Made by a program: the position numbers and the translations under genes
From: an uncultured Nitrososphaeraceae archaeon
GTDB lineage: Archaea; Thermoproteota; Nitrososphaeria; Nitrososphaerales; Nitrososphaeraceae
Direction of reading: 5' to 3'
DNA length: 64,000 nucleotides
NCBI GenBank assembly: GCA_963837175.1
Contig: CAWIMJ010000046.1
Coordinates: forward strand, 64,001-128,000
In this document: positions 58,332-64,000 of the stretch, piece by piece
Position numbering within the stretch: the first letter of the stretch is position 1
Layout: each line of letters begins with the position of its first letter
The notes under the pieces: model-generated
Database searches by the model: none
The model's input: the letters and a program-made list of their open reading frames with translations, nothing else
Told to the model about the DNA's origin: nothing

Positions 58332-58546
58332 TCTTGACAATACGTTATCAAAAAAAGATGCTTTTATTTTCATTTTTCATTTGAAAGCGATTAGTCGATC
58401 CTCGGAGAATTAATTATACAAATATTGATTAAAAGACATTAGAATTGTCTTCCAAGCAGAAATTAGCAAGAATAAAGAATAGCACATTCTCTTTTTATCT
58501 TTCTTTAGAAACTTTTTATTATAATCCTTACGAGCCCAATATAATA

Positions 58547-59647
58547 ATGATTAATCGTCAAGAAGTTAGTAGCATTGCCGATCAATACGAATTAAGGAAT
58601 ATTACTATTGGCACGATAGGAAGCCATTCTGCATTAGAAATTATGGATGGAGCTAAGGATGAAAATCTAAGAACTGTCTGCATCTGTCAAAAAGGCCGAG
58701 AAGTACCCTATCTAAGATTTAAGAGACTAACAGATGAGGTCATGTTGCTTGATAAATTTTCTGACATTTTACTTAGAGAAAATCAAGAAAAATTGCGACA
58801 ATCGAATACAATCATGATCGCAAACCGTGCTTTTACTGCTTATCTTGGCTATGATAATATCGAAAATATTTTAAAGGTGCCTATTTTTGGGAATAGACTA
58901 TTATTGAGAGCCGAAGAACGCACTGCAACAAGAAATCAATACTATCTTCTTGAAAAGGCAAAGATCAGACACCCAAGGCTATATACAAAACCTTCAGATA
59001 TAGACAGATTGGCGATAGTCAAAGTTCAGGAAGCAAGACGGAAATTAGAAAGAGCGTTTTTCCTAGTGTCTTCATTTGAAGATTACAAGAAAAAAGCAAA
59101 ATTAAAGATCAAAGAACGTCTCATTAATGAAGCAGATCTTAACTCTGCAACTATTGAAGAATATATAATTGGGACTTATTTTAATTTTAACTTTTTTCAA
59201 TCTCCATTATCAGAAGAGATGGAATTCTTGGGAATAGAAAGAAGATTGCAAACTAATCTTCATGACTTTACTACTTCATTACCTGCTAGACAGCAGATGG
59301 AAATAGATATTGGGATACACAATATTGAAGTAGGACACACTCCAGCGAGTATACGCGAATCATTATTGGAAAAGGTGTTTGAAATGGGTGATAAATTTGC
59401 CGATGCCGTCAGGGTAGAATATCCCCCTGGAATAATTGGACCAATTTCGTTACAGGGCATCGTAACATCAGACCTGGACTTGGTAGTATATGATGTATCA
59501 CTAAGAGTTCCAGGTAATCCCATCATGGCAACCACAAGCCCGTATACAAAATACTCTTATGGTCATACTTTTGGTGTTGGTCGAAGAATTGCAATGGAAA
59601 TTAAGAATGCAATATCGCAAAAGAAAATTATAGATATATTATCATGA
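58547..59647 (+). CDS. purP: FAICAR synthetase PurP family
   Basis: GSHSALEIMDGAK, FGNR.LLRAEER, IEVGHTPASIRESLLE, GRRIAMEI. Confidence 0.93.
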   Translation: MINRQEVSSIADQYELRNITIGTIGSHSALEIMDGAKDENLRTVCICQKGREVPYLRFKRLTDEVMLLDKFSDILLRENQEKLRQSNTIMIANRAFTAYLGYDNIENILKVPIFGNRLLLRAEERTATRNQYYLLEKAKIRHPRLYTKPSDIDRLAIVKVQEARRKLERAFFLVSSFEDYKKKAKLKIKERLINEADLNSATIEEYIIGTYFNFNFFQSPLSEEMEFLGIERRLQTNLHDFTTSLPARQQMEIDIGIHNIEVGHTPASIRESLLEKVFEMGDKFADAVRVEYPPGIIGPISLQGIVTSDLDLVVYDVSLRVPGNPIMATTSPYTKYSYGHTFGVGRRIAMEIKNAISQKKIIDILS

Positions 59648-59655
59648 TAATAATA

Positions 59656-60096
59656 TTATTGCTGGATTGCTTCTTCAAATAAATTCTTTCTTACTTTGAT
59701 CGGGACATCATAATAAGCCGCCAAAGCAATGGAATCTGAGGCACGATAATTTCTCAGTATCAAATATTCTTTTTTTCTACCTTTGAAATACAGATTTGCA
59801 CGCAGAATAGAACCACTTTGATAAACTCTCACTTCCATCAAAAGGAGATCTTGCATAACTGCAATCTCTTCAACTAGATTATAGATTGTAGGTATGGTAT
59901 TTTTATCACCCTCTTGAAACCGAGAGATATGCCTTGCAACTTCGCCAGAGAATGCACGCATTGGAAATTCTTTTCCATCTATTGTTTTTAAAATAACAAC
60001 ACCTTCTAGTCCGAGTTGATCTGCAAATCCAACATAACTTATTTTTGCCTGTATATACTCTTCATCTTCTTCTTCTGACGAAAAACCGTTAGGCAT
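59656..60096 (-). CDS. DUF151 bifunctional nuclease family protein
   Basis: PTIYNL, RASDSIALA...PIKV motif. Confidence 0.8.
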   Translation of the reverse strand: MPNGFSSEEEDEEYIQAKISYVGFADQLGLEGVVILKTIDGKEFPMRAFSGEVARHISRFQEGDKNTIPTIYNLVEEIAVMQDLLLMEVRVYQSGSILRANLYFKGRKKEYLILRNYRASDSIALAAYYDVPIKVRKNLFEEAIQQ

Positions 60097-60458
60097 GATA
60101 ATTATTTATTGTATTGCTAAGAATTAAGGTTTACAGTTGACCTGTTCTAATAATTACATCACTTTTGATAAGTCATTACATTTATCCCTTGTTTCTGATA
60201 GGTTTAACTTATCTATTCCTTTGTTGACTGCTTATCAACTCAAGGATTATCTGTGTGCATATATGTATTGCTTTAACCTTTCATTTAATCACTTTATCAT
60301 TAACTTTTCTCTTATTTTAATAAAATTCGTATGCCTTTACTTATCTATCCAATTATACTTCAAAAATAAAGTTCAAAGAAAATGCATAGAATATCTGACT
60401 CATAAGAAGTTCTTGCATGTCTTGTATTGATAGTGAGTATATACAAGTAGAAGAGGAG

Positions 60459-61286
60459 CTATGCAAAATTCAGTCTAGAAACTGATAATAACCCCTTCTC
60501 TTCAGCCATTGCAAACATTTTTTTTATTGACTTTTCCCCGATTGTTCCCATATCTATAGTTACATCATTTACATACATTTTGATAAATCTGGTTATCATA
60601 TCTCGTGGTTGGCCTCTTCCATATTTCATTGCGTAATCTACTGCTGATTCAATGTGTTCAAGGCCGTAAAGAATCGATTCCCTAAACAGTTTATCAAACA
60701 TCTTTATCTGTTCTAATGTCATTGATTTATTACTTGCTACGTTAATACCCAACGGCATTGGTAGTCCGTTCGTTTCTCTAGTCCACCAGGTTGCCAAATC
60801 AAGAACAGTATGAAGACGGGAAGTGTCATACGTTATCTGTGCTTCATGAATCACCAAACCTGCATCTGCTTTATCATTTAGGACAGCTTCGGGAATCAAT
60901 TGAAAAGGTATCTCCCTTTCATTAAATCTTCCTAAGGCAAGATTTAGCAATAAATTAGCAGATGTCATCTTACCTGGAATAGCAATTACACCATTTTTTA
61001 ATTCAGAAAATGTTAGTTTCTTTTTAGAAATGACGATTGGCCCATAATCTAAGCCAAAACTTCCTCCACTACGTAATATTACATAATCCTTCAAATAAGC
61101 ATATGCATGGGCGGAAATAGCAGTAACATCAAGATCATGTTTTAAGGCATATTTGTTAAGGGTTTCGATATCTTCTATTATATGTTTGATTTTAAGATCC
61201 GCTGAATACACCTTACCGCATGCAATGCCAAAGAACATAAAAGCATCATCAGCATCAGGAGTGTGACCGAGAGTTATTTCCATCAT
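60459..61286 (-). CDS. mqnD: 1,4-dihydroxy-6-naphthoate synthase (futalosine pathway)
   Basis: LGHTPDADDAFMF, DIETLN, GLVIHE, LPMPLG, MYVN. Confidence 0.88.
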   Translation of the reverse strand: MMEITLGHTPDADDAFMFFGIACGKVYSADLKIKHIIEDIETLNKYALKHDLDVTAISAHAYAYLKDYVILRSGGSFGLDYGPIVISKKKLTFSELKNGVIAIPGKMTSANLLLNLALGRFNEREIPFQLIPEAVLNDKADAGLVIHEAQITYDTSRLHTVLDLATWWTRETNGLPMPLGINVASNKSMTLEQIKMFDKLFRESILYGLEHIESAVDYAMKYGRGQPRDMITRFIKMYVNDVTIDMGTIGEKSIKKMFAMAEEKGLLSVSRLNFA

Positions 61287-61619
61287 ATGTATATAATTCC
61301 TAGACAGAAAGAGAATAATATTTTTTTCCTTTATAAGAGTCATAAAAAATATCATTGATTCAAAATAGTTGCATCAGATAAGACTAAACATAATCAAATA
61401 ATAAATAAATATAATAATATATAATAAAACATCTTCTATAAAGAGACATTCATATATATTTAAAATTGCACGTATTTAGAACAATTTTCTCATATTCTGA
61501 AAGGAGATAATGGCTAGGTTTATTTCTTTCATCAGAACATTGGTGAAGTTGGTGTATACATACATATTGCCTTGTTATTACACAAAAAGAATAATTAATG
61601 AAACCTTTTCTACATAATA

Positions 61620-62090
61620 ATGATCGATTTGCCTTATACTCTTCTTTTTGGAAATAATTTCATCACAAATAGTCCTCTCTCTGTAAAAATGGCCAATGAA
61701 GTTTTGTTTTCACTGGGTGAGGATAGCGAAGGACCATACTTAACAACATCGATTTTTGATTCAACTGAAAATACATTAATAAAAATCGAAAAAAATAACT
61801 GCATATTCTGTAATGAAAAATTTATTAAACAAAAAAATCAACGCGACCATGTTTTGTTAAAGGATAAGAAAGGAGAAATAATGATTGAATCCAGAGTCTT
61901 GGACAAAGAAATGATCTTAGTAAGTGGCATATTCTCTTTCAAGGAATTTGTATTGACTGCAACACAGAATTATCTTATCTTGCCAAATGGTCAATGGTTA
62001 ATGCATAATAGGAGCACGGCAAACAATAGTTCAGTAACAATTACAGAATTTGGAATAAAATCAGAAATGATGATGATGATCGACCTTTAA
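61620..62090 (+). CDS. Hypothetical beta-rich protein
   Basis: 156 aa open frame. Confidence 0.6.
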   Translation: MIDLPYTLLFGNNFITNSPLSVKMANEVLFSLGEDSEGPYLTTSIFDSTENTLIKIEKNNCIFCNEKFIKQKNQRDHVLLKDKKGEIMIESRVLDKEMILVSGIFSFKEFVLTATQNYLILPNGQWLMHNRSTANNSSVTITEFGIKSEMMMMIDL

Positions 62091-62254
62091 TGATTCTGAC
62101 ATAAAATGGACTCGATCAGAAATAATTTTTTATATTGATATGTATATATATGCTCCAGACTTACACACACAAAAAACACAGAACAATAGGAATATTCCAT
62201 TTTTTAATGTAAGGAACGTTTAATAGTCCTCCAGCAAATTTTTCGCTTGAATAT

Positions 62255-64000
62255 ATGCCCAAGTTCAAATCAACTCAGGATATTCTAAGGATTATTGGTA
62301 ATAAGGAACAGATTCGTAATTTTGGTGTCATTGCCCACGTCGATCACGGCAAAACAACTATGAGTGATAGCCTTTTAGCTGCCTCAGGCATTATCTCCCC
62401 TTCTGTTGCAGGTCAAGCTTTGGCGCTTGATTCTATGAAACTTGAACAGAACCGACAAATGACTATCCGTGGAGCTAATGTTACACTATTTTATGAAAAT
62501 GAAGGCAAGGAATACGTAATCAATATGATTGATACTCCTGGCCACATTGACTTTACAGGAAGAGTTACTCGTGCTCTAAGAGCAATTGATGGTGTTGTAG
62601 TGGTTTCTGATTCTGTTGAAGGCATTATGACTCAGACAGAAACAGTAACAAGACAAGCACTTGAGGAACGAGTTAGACCTGTTCTGTATATTAACAAAAT
62701 TGACAGACTCGTAAAGGAATTAAGATTAGACCCACCAGCTATGCAAAAATGGCTTTCGAATATAATTGCAGAATTTAACAGATTAGTTGATATTTATGCC
62801 GAACCGGAACTTAAGGAAAAGTGGAAAGTAAGTATACAAGGAAACAGTGTTGCATTTGGGTCGGCGAAAGACAGATGGGGCTTTAATTTTAAAGTAGCCC
62901 AGAAAAAAGGTATAAGTTTCAAGGATGTTTATGATGCTTATACTTCAGATAGTCCTGCTACTATAAAATCTCTAGCAGAAAGATCTCCATTGCATGAGGC
63001 AATTCTAGGGATGGTAGTGCAACATCATCCTCCACCCCACGTAGCCCAACGATATAGAATCCCAAAGATCTGGCCAGGCGATTTAGAATCTGCTCTTGGA
63101 AAATCGCTTTTGGCATGTGACGAAAAGGGTCCAGTGCCGATGATGGTTACAACAATTAATGTTGACCCACAGGCTGGCAGAGTTGCAACTGGTAGACTTT
63201 TCTCAGGTACTGTCAAAGACGGTGATGAGGTCTACCTGATTGATGCAAAAAGGCCAGGAAAAATTCAGTCAGTAAACATTTACATGGGTAATACCAGAGA
63301 AGTAGTAGGAATGTTACCTGCAGGTAACATTCCTGCATTGCTTGGACTTGATTATGCTGTGGCGGGAGAAACAATTTCGACCGTGAAAAATATTCCTGCA
63401 TTTGAATCCATCAAGTATGTTTCAGAACCCGTAGTTACGATTGCAGTAGAACCAAAGCATCCAAAAGACTTGCCAAAGCTTGTTGAAGCATTACGTAGAA
63501 TCACTGTGGAAGATCCAAACCTTATTGTCAAGATTAATGAGGAAACAGGCGAGACTCTGATGGCAGGAATGGGTGTTTTGCATCTCGAAATTGCCACATC
63601 ACTCTTGCAGGAAGCAGGTCTTAATATAACTACTACTCAACCATTGATCAATTATCGTGAAACCATCCGTACAAAAGCAGGACCAATCATGAGTAAGTCT
63701 CCAAATAAACACAACAAAATATTCCTGCGCTTAGAACCGCTTGGCGAAGAAATAATTGAGCTGATAAGAAATGGTCAAATCAAAGAAGATATGGATAAGA
63801 AGGAAATGGCTAAGATTCTTCGAGGAAAAGGCTGGAATGCCGATGAAGCAAGAAATGTTGCCGCAATTGATATAAGTGGAAATCTGCTAATTGATGAAAC
63901 AAAAGGTGTTCAGTTTATACAGGAATCGATGGACTCGATCAGATCTGGCTTTGATGATGTAATTCACTCTGGTCCTATAGCTCATGAATCCGTAAGAGGT
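62255..64000 (+). CDS. fusA: Elongation factor 2 (runs off the window end; absent from the ORF track)
   Basis: MPKFKSTQD...IAHVDHGKTT, DTPGHIDF, INKIDR, EPVV, EDP, GMGVLHLE. Confidence 0.97.
   Translation, partial: MPKFKSTQDILRIIGNKEQIRNFGVIAHVDHGKTTMSDSLLAASGIISPSVAGQALALDSMKLEQNRQMTIRGANVTLFYENEGKEYVINMIDTPGHIDFTGRVTRALRAIDGVVVVSDSVEGIMTQTETVTRQALEERVRPVLYINKIDRLVKELRLDPPAMQKWLSNIIAEFNRLVDIYAEPELKEKWKVSIQGNSVAFGSAKDRWGFNFKVAQKKGISFKDVYDAYTSDSPATIKSLAERSPLHEAILGMVVQHHPPPHVAQRYRIPKIWPGDLESALGKSLLACDEKGPVPMMVTTINVDPQAGRVATGRLFSGTVKDGDEVYLIDAKRPGKIQSVNIYMGNTREVVGMLPAGNIPALLGLDYAVAGETISTVKNIPAFESIKYVSEPVVTIAVEPKHPKDLPKLVEALRRITVEDPNLIVKINEETGETLMAGMGVLHLEIATSLLQEAGLNITTTQPLINYRETIRTKAGPIMSKSPNKHNKIFLRLEPLGEEIIELIRNGQIKEDMDKKEMAKILRGKGWNADEARNVAAIDISGNLLIDETKGVQFIQESMDSIRSGFDDVIHSGPIAHESVRG

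Overview
AT-rich archaeal chromosomal window. Gene content and protein style point to an ammonia-oxidising archaeon (Nitrososphaerota, probably Nitrososphaerales). Housekeeping blocks include hel308, aglH-like GPT, sat/cysH, pyrH-HD-tmk, thrC plus a ThiS/MoaD-ThiF fusion, hisI, tgtA-Lsm-adk, leuCD, psmB, tandem-domain thyX, amt, rpoD-L18e-L13-S9, the exosome cluster (SBDS-rrp4-rrp41-rrp42-L37ae-pcc1-pfdB), xpf, purP, mqnD and a truncated EF-2. Between them lie long low-coding stretches with decayed IS6 elements, pseudogenes and small ORFs. Eleven +1 frameshifts break conserved genes. Nine of them are a single extra base in or next to GCWGC, which most likely reflects a basecalling footprint of DNA modification at that motif rather than real gene loss. 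Other points of interest: a SelD-like gene head-to-head with sulfate activation genes, a BMP binding protein coupled to a sensor kinase, an unannotated acidic micro-ORF ending in poly-Gly, and several inverted or direct repeat elements. No rRNA, tRNA or CRISPR array was recognised.
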